NCBI GenBank assembly: GCA_963546395.1
Contig: CAUUMS010000002.1
Span: forward strand, 124,181 to 188,180
Direction of reading: 5' to 3'
From: an uncultured Bacteroidia bacterium
Lineage (GTDB): Bacteria; Bacteroidota; Bacteroidia; Bacteroidales; CAJPTX01
DNA length: 64,000 nt
The notes beneath the pieces were generated by a model, which saw only the letters and a program-made list of their open reading frames with translations, did not search any database and was not told where the DNA came from. The translations under genes were made by a program, and so were the position numbers. Position 1 is the stretch's first letter; each line of letters begins with the position of its first letter. Shown in pieces: positions 35,970 to 45,132 of the stretch.

Positions 35970-36833
35970 ATGAAACATTTTGACGGTTTACTGGGTTCTC
36001 TCATCGACCTGGCTCTGGCTGAGGATGTGGGCACGGGCGATGTGGCTACGGCCTCCCTGGTGAGCACAACTGTTCAGGGTGTGGCGGAGCTTGTGGCTAA
36101 GGCTGATGGCGTTGTCTCTGGCCTCGCCGTGGCGGAGATGGTGTTTCGCCGCCTGGATGCTGACTGTAGCCTGGAGGCCCTTGTGGCGGATGGGGATGCG
36201 GTGTCTCGGGGTGCTATCATCGCTAGGATCCAGGGGCGTTATGATGCGCTGCTGACGGGAGAGCGTACTGCGCTCAACTTTTTGCAGCGCATGAGTGGCA
36301 TCGCCACGCTCACACGTCGGTTTGTAAATGAATTGGAGGGCTTGCCTACTCGTTTCTTGGATACGCGGAAAACGGCCCCAGGACACCGTTACACCGATAA
36401 GATGGCAGTGCGCCACGGGGGTGGAGCCAATCACCGGATGGGGCTCTACGACTTGGCGATGATTAAGGATAACCACATTGCCATGGCGGGTGGTATCACC
36501 GCAGCAGTGGCATCTGTGCGAGCAACAATGCCCGCCTATATGCGTATTGAGGTGGAGACGGCAACCCTCGCTCAGGTGGATGAGGCCATTGCTGCTCGGG
36601 CTGACATCATCATGCTCGATAACATGAGCCTCGACCTCATGCGGCAGGCGGTAGAGCGCATTGCAGGCCGGGCCATGACAGAGGCCTCAGGGAATGTCTC
36701 AGTCGCGACCATTCGGGCTATCGCCGAGACGGGAGTCGATTTTGTGAGCGCAGGGGCTGTGACGCATAGCTCGCAGGCCCTGGACATCAGCATGCGAATG
36801 CATCCGGTGCATTGCGGGTGCGCTGCGGAATAA
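35970..36833 (+). CDS. nadC: Nicotinate-nucleotide pyrophosphorylase (carboxylating)
   Basis: ERTALNFLQRMSGIAT...DTRKTAPG...GGGANHR...IMLDN are NadC motifs. Confidence 0.9.
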   Translation: MKHFDGLLGSLIDLALAEDVGTGDVATASLVSTTVQGVAELVAKADGVVSGLAVAEMVFRRLDADCSLEALVADGDAVSRGAIIARIQGRYDALLTGERTALNFLQRMSGIATLTRRFVNELEGLPTRFLDTRKTAPGHRYTDKMAVRHGGGANHRMGLYDLAMIKDNHIAMAGGITAAVASVRATMPAYMRIEVETATLAQVDEAIAARADIIMLDNMSLDLMRQAVERIAGRAMTEASGNVSVATIRAIAETGVDFVSAGAVTHSSQALDISMRMHPVHCGCAAE

Positions 36834-36924
36834 TAGCCGGCAGGGAGGCCGGATGCCCGAAGGCACCTTGTTGACGCATCATAGACCACAGTCTTTCACA
36901 TAACCATTCGCAATAGGAACCGCA

Positions 36925-37875
36925 ATGGGGACGAATCTTTCAGAGGTCAGGGGGAAGCACGAGTTGCTCGAACGTCTACAGGAATTGCGGAAACGTCATC
37001 GGGCTGTCTTGCTGGGGCACTACTACGTGCCGCCGGAGGTGCAGGATGCTTGCGACTACGTGGGCGACTCGCTGGGCCTGTCCCGGCAGGCTGCCGAGAG
37101 CGATGTGGATGTCATTGTGTTCTGCGGAGTGCATTTCATGGCTGAGACTGCCTCAGTGCTAGCCCCCGATCGCCGTGTCCTCATCCCGTCCCTGGATGCG
37201 GGCTGCTCGTTGGCTGAGAGCATTACCGGCCACGACGTGGCCCAGTGGAAGGCTGCTAACCCTGACGGGATTGTCATCTCGTATGTCAATACCACGGCGG
37301 AAGTGAAGGCCTACACGGACTGCTGCTGCACCTCGGCGAATGCGCTGCTCGTGGTACAGCAGTACGCCGATGCCAAGAAGATCCTCTTTCTCCCCGATAA
37401 GAATCTGGGCCACTACATCATGCGCAAGACGGGTATCTCCATGGAGATTTGGGATGGTGCCTGCCACGTGCACGATCGATTCTCCGAAGCGTTGATACAG
37501 GCTCGTATGGCCGAGTACCCCGAGGCTGAGGTGCTAGTGCACCCAGAGAGTGCCGGGGCTTGGCGTGATGAGATATTTGGCAATCCACGAGTCTTTATTG
37601 GCTCTACTACCGGGATGATTAAGCGGGCAGCCTCTAGCTCAGCGAAACAGTTCCTAGTGGTTACCGAGCAGGGCACACTGCACCAGATGCAGCGTGAGGC
37701 TCCGGGTAAGGAGCTGATACTCGTGGGCCCCGAGGCCTACTGCGAGTACATGAAAATGATGACCCTCGAGAGGGTTGTACGCTGCCTCGAAACGGGTATC
37801 CATGAGGTCAAGGTACCGGCGGATATTGCCAAGAGAGCTGCGAACTCCATTGAACGTATGTTGTCCATAGGGTAA
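36925..37875 (+). CDS. nadA: Quinolinate synthase
   Basis: LLGHYYV...VGDSL...FCGVHFMAETA...YVNTTAEVKA...HPES...TEQG match NadA, which sits adjacent to nadC. Confidence 0.9.
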   Translation: MGTNLSEVRGKHELLERLQELRKRHRAVLLGHYYVPPEVQDACDYVGDSLGLSRQAAESDVDVIVFCGVHFMAETASVLAPDRRVLIPSLDAGCSLAESITGHDVAQWKAANPDGIVISYVNTTAEVKAYTDCCCTSANALLVVQQYADAKKILFLPDKNLGHYIMRKTGISMEIWDGACHVHDRFSEALIQARMAEYPEAEVLVHPESAGAWRDEIFGNPRVFIGSTTGMIKRAASSSAKQFLVVTEQGTLHQMQREAPGKELILVGPEAYCEYMKMMTLERVVRCLETGIHEVKVPADIAKRAANSIERMLSIG

Positions 37876-37886
37876 TCGGTGCACAG

Positions 37887-39545
37887 ATGAATACGGCAGT
37901 TGAGCAGACCATAGGGTTCAAGATTCGAAGGGCGATCCTGGAGAATTGGGATCGTCCGGCGCTTACTGAGTACACGGTTGAGACGGTCACCTATGGGGAG
38001 CTCGGGAGACAGATAGCCCGTGTGCATGCTCAGCTCGCTGCCGTTGGGGTGAAACCCGGTGATAGGGTTGCCCTCATTGGCCGAAGCACTATAGGCTGGG
38101 CCGCAGTCTACTTTGGGGTGGTTACCTATGGCGCTGTGATCGTGCCGATCCTAAATGACTTCAAGGGGTCGACAGTGAACCACATCGTAAACCACAGCGA
38201 GGCGAAGGTCTTTTATGTGGCCGAGAGCCACTGGGAAGCCCTGGGCGAAAGCTCTATGCCGAGCGTGGAGGCCTTCATCAGCATAGGCACTGGGCGTATA
38301 CTCTACAGCAAGCAGAAAGAGGTGGCAGCACGTGACTGGGGCATACCAGCCATGGAGAAAGCTGATTTTGAGGCGTTGCCCATCCGCTATACCACAGGCG
38401 AGGAGCTTGCTGAGATCAATTACACCTCGGGCACTACGGGCTTCTCGAAAGGCGTGATGCAGCCATTCCGCAGCCTGGAGAGCAATGTGCAATTTGCCGA
38501 GGGTGTCATCCCCGTCCAACCGGGCGACACGGTCATCTCTGTGCTACCGCTGGCCCATGCGTATGGACAGGCCTTCGAGTTCCTATACTGTTTCACGAGG
38601 GGTTGCCACATCCACTTCATCTCCAAGACCCCATCGCCCAAGGTGATAGCCCAGGCCTTCGCCGAGATTAAGCCGAGGATTATCCTCATTGTGCCGCTTA
38701 TCATGGAGAAGATCTATAAGCAGCACATTCTCAAGCAGCTCAACCGTCGGGGTATGCGCCTGCTCATGCGCGCCCCCGTCATCGGCGAGCGGGTGAAACG
38801 TAAGTTCTGCGATGCCCTCTCAGGATTCTTTGGAGATAACTTCCTGGAGGTCATCATCGGTGGAGCTGCCCTCAATCCTGAGGTAGAGCTATTCCTCAAG
38901 CGCATAGGATTTCGTTACACGGTGGGGTACGGTATGACCGAGTGCGCGCCCATCATCACCTACGCCAGTTGGGATACGCATCGCTTGCATAGCACTGGGC
39001 GTGTGGTGGTGAACATGGAGCTCCGCATCAACGAGCCTAACTCCGAGACAGGGGTCGGCGAGGTCGTGGTGCGTGGCAAGAATGTCATGCTGGGTTACTA
39101 CCGTGATCCTGCGCTTACTGAGGAGGTCTTCACCCCGGACGGGTGGCTACGCACAGGCGATTTGGCTTACCTAGATGCCGAGGGCAATCTGTTCATCAAG
39201 GGACGCTCCAAGAATATGATCCTGGGCCCCAGTGGCCAGAATATCTACCCCGAAGAGGTCGAGGCTGTGCTCAATAGTCAGCCTTACATCCAAGAGTCGC
39301 TCGTGGCGGAGCAGGATGGCAAGTTGGTTGCCCTGGTGGTGCCCGATTTTGTCAATGCGAGTGCGGACGGAGTGCCCATCGATGTCCTTGAGGCCCGCTT
39401 CGAGGAAGTGCGTAAGGCCGTCAACAAGGAGCTCCCTGCATACAGTCAGATCGCCGCCATTCAACTCTATCCCGAGGAGTTTGAGAAGACACCCAAGAAG
39501 AGTATAAAGCGATTCATGTACGCACTGAATCCGCTAAAGCACTAG
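37887..39545 (+). CDS. AMP-dependent synthetase/ligase (long-chain fatty-acid-CoA ligase-like)
   Basis: The AMP-binding signature YTSGTTGFSKGV is present, along with GYGMTE, TGDLAY..EG.L.I.GRSK, and a C-terminal K at the end of the ANL fold. Confidence 0.85.
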   Translation: MNTAVEQTIGFKIRRAILENWDRPALTEYTVETVTYGELGRQIARVHAQLAAVGVKPGDRVALIGRSTIGWAAVYFGVVTYGAVIVPILNDFKGSTVNHIVNHSEAKVFYVAESHWEALGESSMPSVEAFISIGTGRILYSKQKEVAARDWGIPAMEKADFEALPIRYTTGEELAEINYTSGTTGFSKGVMQPFRSLESNVQFAEGVIPVQPGDTVISVLPLAHAYGQAFEFLYCFTRGCHIHFISKTPSPKVIAQAFAEIKPRIILIVPLIMEKIYKQHILKQLNRRGMRLLMRAPVIGERVKRKFCDALSGFFGDNFLEVIIGGAALNPEVELFLKRIGFRYTVGYGMTECAPIITYASWDTHRLHSTGRVVVNMELRINEPNSETGVGEVVVRGKNVMLGYYRDPALTEEVFTPDGWLRTGDLAYLDAEGNLFIKGRSKNMILGPSGQNIYPEEVEAVLNSQPYIQESLVAEQDGKLVALVVPDFVNASADGVPIDVLEARFEEVRKAVNKELPAYSQIAAIQLYPEEFEKTPKKSIKRFMYALNPLKH

Positions 39546-39656
39546 CTGCGGGGAGCTTGCATCGTGAAGAGCCAATCTCTCAGGAAAGTTTGATATGGCC
39601 GGAAATCAAATCAGTGAGCCGGCAAGAAAGATGGCTCAGCATCACGCAATGACGGC

Positions 39657-39998
39657 ATGCAGAAGTTAATGGATTTCAAAGAGCCGGTCATTTGGAGAGG
39701 GGCGGTCTTGAAATGCGATGGAGCATATCCGTACGAAAGCACCGTGTATTTCCTGATATGCGAGATGCAGGAGCGGTACGCTATGATGTGCATTTCTGGC
39801 TACAAGGCAGGGTTGATATACACGCTTTTCCCCGATGAGTCTAAGCCTAGAGGCAATAGATTCGGACTAAGCACAGACTGGCTAAAGGTGCACTGGGATA
39901 AATTCGGATATCCCGACTGTGACGTTGAAAACGTTTGCATAGCGAGCGACATGTCAGAAGTGCTCGAGCGACACTACGCCGAAACTAAGGATCATTAA
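39657..39998 (+). CDS. Hypothetical small cytoplasmic protein, immunity-protein-like; located in the low-GC islet
   Basis: This is a 113-aa ORF with no signal peptide. It is rich in W/Y/C-containing motifs (VIWRGAVLKCDGAYPYES, GLSTDWLKVHWDKFGYPDC). G+C is about 45% in the lines I counted, against about 60% in the flanks. I cannot verify a family assignment. Confidence 0.6.
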   Translation: MQKLMDFKEPVIWRGAVLKCDGAYPYESTVYFLICEMQERYAMMCISGYKAGLIYTLFPDESKPRGNRFGLSTDWLKVHWDKFGYPDCDVENVCIASDMSEVLERHYAETKDH

Positions 39999-40128
39999 CT
40001 TTCCCAGCTCCGTTTCCCACCCTGTCCAGGCCTGCGTAAACTGTGTGTATACGCTCTTTGGGCAAAAACGGCCCCTTTACGCCAGTGCGAGTGGGGCAAA
40101 GGGGGCTTACCCCAAACAGTAGCGGCCA

Positions 40129-40713
40129 ATGGAGTACTATGCGTTTCAGGTGTACGATAACGACAGCTATCTCTTGAACGTCAGTAGGGTAGACAGGCAT
40201 AAATACGCCACCTGCCCTGTCTGCAAAATGATTTTGGATAAAAGGAGACTTATTGAGGAGCACTTGCCTGCGTATAAAGTGAAAAGGAAGCGCTACCATT
40301 TGTCCGGCAGCTATGACGGTTTCAAGGTGGTATCGCAGGCCCTCAAGGATTTGTATGATATCTCCGGTTGGCAGGGGCTAGTATTTTATCCAATACCCCA
40401 AAGCGAAGGCTTTTATTTGATAGAATGCTCTCCGCAGATCGCAGTTAACGAGTCAAAACGCCCCATTGAATTTGAAAGCAAATGTGACGAGTGCGGTCTG
40501 CATATGGGAATTTATGGCAGTGTTCCTCATTATATCGACGTGGACATCCTGCGAAGACTGAATCCCAATACATTTTATAGAAGTAACCTAGAGTACGGAT
40601 ACGATTTTGAGCAGGGCTATAGCCTATTCGCTTCCTCAGTAATAGTAGGCAGGCTAATCGAGTGCAAATTGATTAATCGAAAGGACGTAATAGAAGTCGT
40701 CGCAGTGCAGTGA
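40129..40713 (+). CDS. Hypothetical protein with two separated CxxC pairs (double-CXXCG / Imm11(DUF1629)-like); located in the low-GC islet
   Basis: This is a 194-aa ORF starting MEYYAFQV, with C29-P-V-C32 and C119-D-E-C122-G. It has no signal peptide. G+C is about 42% in a counted line. Confidence 0.6.
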   Translation: MEYYAFQVYDNDSYLLNVSRVDRHKYATCPVCKMILDKRRLIEEHLPAYKVKRKRYHLSGSYDGFKVVSQALKDLYDISGWQGLVFYPIPQSEGFYLIECSPQIAVNESKRPIEFESKCDECGLHMGIYGSVPHYIDVDILRRLNPNTFYRSNLEYGYDFEQGYSLFASSVIVGRLIECKLINRKDVIEVVAVQ

Positions 40714-41134
40714 TGTCTCTTGAGCGATACGCAGTGACGGTTGCGAGAGTAGCATTAATGGGAGCCTGAAAAGTGCCACTACCCTTGGGGGGTAAGAAAC
40801 ACGGTGCTTGTGGCAGGCATATCTGCAAGTGCTACGCTGCGAAGTTTTGTACATTTGGGACGAGTCATACACCCTCATGAAAAGTCGAAAAATGAGATGA
40901 TGGGTAGTGACGTGAGAGCTTGAGGGGTTTATTTCGGTGGCATGACTTGTGAACTGTACCATCGGTTGGCGGGATGTGTGACAGTGATAGGTGGCAATGA
41001 GAAATTTGTTTGGTGCACTGATTACGACATCTTCTGTGGAACGGAAGTGTAAAAAGTAGGGCGTCCGGAATGCCCTTGGCGCATTTTAGTACCATATCAA
41101 CACGAATCACTGCCCGTATAGAACTGTACCCACC

Positions 41135-43549
41135 ATGCCCATCTACCCGGCAGATTTTGAGGCCCGAATAGGCTTTTCGGCGATACGCTCACGGATTGCT
41201 GCAATGGCACTCTGTGAGGCTGGGCGACAGCAGCTCCTCGCCTTGCAATTCTCTACCGATAGGGAGTGGATTGCTGCCGAGGCGACCCGGGTAGAGGAGA
41301 TGAAATGGATACTCCGCTTTCATCCAGAATTCCCTCACGAGGGGTACATCGACTTTGGTGATGCGCTGCAAATCCTTACCATACCAACACACTGGTACCG
41401 TGAGGAAGACCTGCATGCCCTACGAGTGTCCCTTTCCACGCTGGGCGAGATCATCGCTTTTCTGGCCACCTGTGATGCCACGCCCAGGCTTAGTGCGCTG
41501 TCTGCCGAGGCTACCCTGCCGGAGTGGATCTTACCCGTCCTAGGGCACGTGCTCACCCCCTCGGGGCAGATCAGCGATAGTGCCTCGCCCCAGTTGCAGC
41601 GGATACGAGGCTCCATGGCAGCTTTGCAGGGGCAAATCATGCGCTGCATGCAAAACCTCTTGCGTGATGCGCAGCGGGACGGCCTGGTGGACGAGGGGGC
41701 CCAGGTCATGGTGCGTGAGGGCCATCCGGTGCTACCCATCCCGGCCCGTAATAAGAGCCGCTTCCGGGCCATGGTGCAGGGGCAATCGGCCACAGGGCAA
41801 ACCCTCTTCATAGAGCCCTACGAGGCCCTAGAGCTGGCCAATCAGATGCGCACCCTGGAGCAGGAGGAGCACGAGGAGATCAAGCGCATCCTACTCGAAA
41901 TCACCGATCGTTTGCGGCCTGAGCATGATGCGTTGGCCCATCTGTGCCACTTCCTGGGGCAGATTGACTCCACGAGAGCCAGGGCCCTCTACGCCCTCGA
42001 GGTCGGGGGTGCGTGCCCCATCATGGCCGAGGGGTGTAGCCTGGAGTTGCGACGAGCGTATCACCCCGCATTGTACGAGACATGTAGGCAGCAGGGCCGT
42101 GAGCCCATTGCGCTCAACGTGAGGCTTGATGCCGAGCACCGTGTGCTGGTGATCTCTGGCCCCAATGCGGGAGGAAAGTCCGTGGCGCTGAAGTGCGTGG
42201 CGATGGCCGTCTACATGTACCAGTGCGGCTTCCTGCCATTCGTAGCCGAGAACAGCGAGCTTGGGGTCTTCGACACCATGCTGCTCGACATCGGAGACAC
42301 GCAATCCATAGAGAGCGACCTCTCCACCTACAGTGCTCACCTGTCGGCCATGTCCCACTTCCTGCAAGCCGCATCGCCCCGGAGCATCTGCTTCATCGAT
42401 GAATTTGGCTCGGGCACTGAGCCCGCAGCCGGGGGAGCTATTGCCGAGGCCATTCTCGAGTGTCTTGCAGCCTCTGGCACGTTGGGCATCATTACCACCC
42501 ATTTCGGCAACCTCAAGACGTGCGCAGAACATTTGCCTGGCTTACTCAACGGGGCCATGCGCTACGATCTGCGCACGTTGCGCCCGCTCTACCAGCTGGA
42601 GATCGATCAGCCTGGGAGCAGCTTCCCGTTCCAGATTGCCCGACAGATGGGGCTGCCCGATGCCATTCTTGTGCGGGCCGAGGAGCTTGTGGGGCGTGAG
42701 TACGTTAGCCTGGAGACGCAGCTTCAGGAGGCCATGGAGGCGCGTAGGGCCTGGGAGGCAAAGCGGGGAGAAATCGAGACCATTAAGCGAGAGATGGAGT
42801 CGCTGCAAACCAGGATGGACGAGATGGCCCACGGCTTACAGGCGCAGCGTAGGACAATCATCCAGCAGGCTAAGGCCGAGGCGCAGCGCATCATCCGCGA
42901 TAGCAATAAGGCCGTCGAGCGCACCATACGGGAGATCCGTGAGGCGGCAGCTGATAAAGAGGCCACTCGGCAGATTCGCACCCGGCTGAAATCGCATCTC
43001 GATGCCCTGGAGAAGGAGGACGAGGCGCCATCGTCACCTGCTCCATCCCTGCCAGAGCAGCCGGCAGATGCCAGTCCTACCCTTGCTGTGGGGGTGGCTG
43101 TACGCATCCACGGCTCCGACTCTGTGGGGGAAATCGTCACCCTATCGCCGAAGAAGGCTGTGGTGGCCATGGGCCACATGTACACCACCGTCCCCCTCTC
43201 TCAGCTCGAGCCTCTGCCGCGGGCCCAGTACAGGAAGATGCAGCGAGCAGGCAATCAGGCTGCGGGCCCGGCCTCATCCGACGGATTGCGGCAGCGGCGG
43301 TTGAACTTCTCGTCTTCGCTCGATGTGCGTGGCCAGCGTGGCGAGGAGGCCCTCCAGTCCGTCCAAGAGCTGTTGGACGATGCAATACTGGTGGGCGTGC
43401 AGTCCGTGCGCATCCTACACGGGAAGGGCGACGGCATCCTGCGCACCAGAATCCGGGATCTGCTCAAGGAGCATCCTGCAGTGCAGACCTACCACGACGA
43501 GGCCGAGAACTTCGGCGGGGCGGGTATAACGGTGGTCGAGCTCAAGTGA
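41135..43549 (+). CDS. mutS2: Endonuclease MutS2 (MutS domain V ATPase plus C-terminal Smr domain)
   Basis: Walker A is ISGPNAGGKS and DEFGSGTEP is present. A long coiled coil precedes the C-terminal Smr domain LDVRGQRGEEAL...VRILHGKGDGILR. Confidence 0.92.
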   Translation: MPIYPADFEARIGFSAIRSRIAAMALCEAGRQQLLALQFSTDREWIAAEATRVEEMKWILRFHPEFPHEGYIDFGDALQILTIPTHWYREEDLHALRVSLSTLGEIIAFLATCDATPRLSALSAEATLPEWILPVLGHVLTPSGQISDSASPQLQRIRGSMAALQGQIMRCMQNLLRDAQRDGLVDEGAQVMVREGHPVLPIPARNKSRFRAMVQGQSATGQTLFIEPYEALELANQMRTLEQEEHEEIKRILLEITDRLRPEHDALAHLCHFLGQIDSTRARALYALEVGGACPIMAEGCSLELRRAYHPALYETCRQQGREPIALNVRLDAEHRVLVISGPNAGGKSVALKCVAMAVYMYQCGFLPFVAENSELGVFDTMLLDIGDTQSIESDLSTYSAHLSAMSHFLQAASPRSICFIDEFGSGTEPAAGGAIAEAILECLAASGTLGIITTHFGNLKTCAEHLPGLLNGAMRYDLRTLRPLYQLEIDQPGSSFPFQIARQMGLPDAILVRAEELVGREYVSLETQLQEAMEARRAWEAKRGEIETIKREMESLQTRMDEMAHGLQAQRRTIIQQAKAEAQRIIRDSNKAVERTIREIREAAADKEATRQIRTRLKSHLDALEKEDEAPSSPAPSLPEQPADASPTLAVGVAVRIHGSDSVGEIVTLSPKKAVVAMGHMYTTVPLSQLEPLPRAQYRKMQRAGNQAAGPASSDGLRQRRLNFSSSLDVRGQRGEEALQSVQELLDDAILVGVQSVRILHGKGDGILRTRIRDLLKEHPAVQTYHDEAENFGGAGITVVELK

Positions 43550-43584
43550 GCCCTGCCCAGAGCCCCGATTGAATCCCGAGCGGC

Positions 43585-45114
43585 CTACTCCGTCACTGCG
43601 TGAGCCAAGGCTTGCAGGCGCGAGACGGTCTCCGAGGTGCCTAGGAAGAGGATGATCTCCACCACGTCAACACCCCTCGAGGCACCCACCAGGGCCAGGC
43701 GGAGCGTATTCATCAGTTTCCCCTTAGGCCATTGCAATTCGCCAGAGATGCCATCGAGCATGGCCACGAGGGCTGAGTCTTCTAGCGGCGTGTTGGCTAT
43801 GCGGTCTCCCAATGCCTGGATACGCTCTGCGCTATTCGCATCGATGTGCTTGGCCACGGCCTTTGCATCGTACTCTGCTGGAGCTTGCCACAGGTAATCC
43901 GTCTCATTCCACAGGTCGGGTAGCAGCGTTATCCGACCCTGCACGAGCTCCACGGCCCGCTTGAGCTTTGCGTCTGGTGCGCTGCATCCGTGCTCCTTTA
44001 GCAGCTCGGCCAGATGCGTGGCCAGACGTTCCACCGAGGCAGTCTGTAGGTACTCGTGATTGAACCACCGGGTCTTCTCCGGGTCGAATCGTGCCCCGGC
44101 CTTGCTCACTCGTGCCAGCGAGAACTGGGCTATCAGCTCGTCCAGACTCATAATCTCGGCCCCATTCCCAGGGTTCCACCCCAGCAGGGCCAGCATGTTG
44201 AGGAATGCCTCTGGCAGGTACCCATCCTCGCGGTAGCCCTGATAGGTCTCTCCCCCAGCCGTGCGCCATGCCAGCGGGAATACGGGAAAACCCATCTTGT
44301 CGCCATCGCGCTTGGAGAGCTTGCCATTGCCCGTGGGTTTGAGAATGAGGGGCAGGTGGGCAAACTCTGGCATCGTCTCCTGCCAGCCAAAGGCCTCGTA
44401 CAGCAGGTAGTGCAGCGGCAGCGAGGGCAACCACTCCTCCCCGCGTATCACGTGGGAGATCTCCATCAGGTGATCATCCACAATGTTTGCCAGGTGGTAC
44501 GTGGGCAGGCCATCGGCGCGCTTGTACAGCACCTTGTCATCTAGCGTTGAGGTCTGCACCTCCACCTCGCCGCGTATCAGGTCGCGCATGCGCACGGTGC
44601 GCTCTGCGGGGATCTTGAACCGCACCACCCAGTCGCTACTCTCGGCCAGCAGCCGCTCCACCTCATCGGCGGGTAGCGTCAGCGAGTTGCGCAGCGTCAT
44701 CCTCGTGGCAGGCCCGTAGGCGAAGGCCTCACCGGCAGCCTCTGCCTCGCCGCGGAGGCGATTGAGGGTCTCGGGCTCATCGAAGGCGTAGTAGGCCCAG
44801 CCAGCCGACACGAGTTGCTTGGCGAATGAGAAGTAAAGCTCCTTCCGCTCGCTTTGCCGGTATGGTGCGTGGGGCCCCCCCTCCTCCACACCCTCATCGG
44901 GGTGCATCCCACACCAGCGGAGGGCCTCAAAGATGTAGGCCTCGGCACCGGGCACGTAGCGACTGCTATCGGTGTCCTCAATCCGGAGTAGGAAGTCGCC
45001 CCCATGCTGACGGGCGAATAGGTAGTTGAATAGTGCCGTCCGCACGCCACCGATGTGTAGCGGGCCGGTGGGACTCGGGGCGAAACGAACGCGTACTCGA
45101 CGGGATTGACCCAT
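43585..45114 (-). CDS. gltX: Glutamate--tRNA ligase
   Basis: The HIGH motif (PTGPLHIGGVRTAL) and the KMSKS variant (KLSKRDG) are present. The length is 509 aa. Confidence 0.93.
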   Translation of the reverse strand: MGQSRRVRVRFAPSPTGPLHIGGVRTALFNYLFARQHGGDFLLRIEDTDSSRYVPGAEAYIFEALRWCGMHPDEGVEEGGPHAPYRQSERKELYFSFAKQLVSAGWAYYAFDEPETLNRLRGEAEAAGEAFAYGPATRMTLRNSLTLPADEVERLLAESSDWVVRFKIPAERTVRMRDLIRGEVEVQTSTLDDKVLYKRADGLPTYHLANIVDDHLMEISHVIRGEEWLPSLPLHYLLYEAFGWQETMPEFAHLPLILKPTGNGKLSKRDGDKMGFPVFPLAWRTAGGETYQGYREDGYLPEAFLNMLALLGWNPGNGAEIMSLDELIAQFSLARVSKAGARFDPEKTRWFNHEYLQTASVERLATHLAELLKEHGCSAPDAKLKRAVELVQGRITLLPDLWNETDYLWQAPAEYDAKAVAKHIDANSAERIQALGDRIANTPLEDSALVAMLDGISGELQWPKGKLMNTLRLALVGASRGVDVVEIILFLGTSETVSRLQALAHAVTE

Positions 45115-45132
45115 GGTGCGATTGCGTATTAG

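Noticed and set aside
40942-41052. A 36-aa four-Cys ORF (MTCELYHRLAGCVTVIGGNEKFVWCTDYDIFCGTEV) lies in the non-coding tail of the low-GC islet.
   Set aside because: Its length is within random expectation. It has no CxxC spacing, no promoter box and no SD-like motif. I mention it only in case homology searches show it to be a gene remnant.
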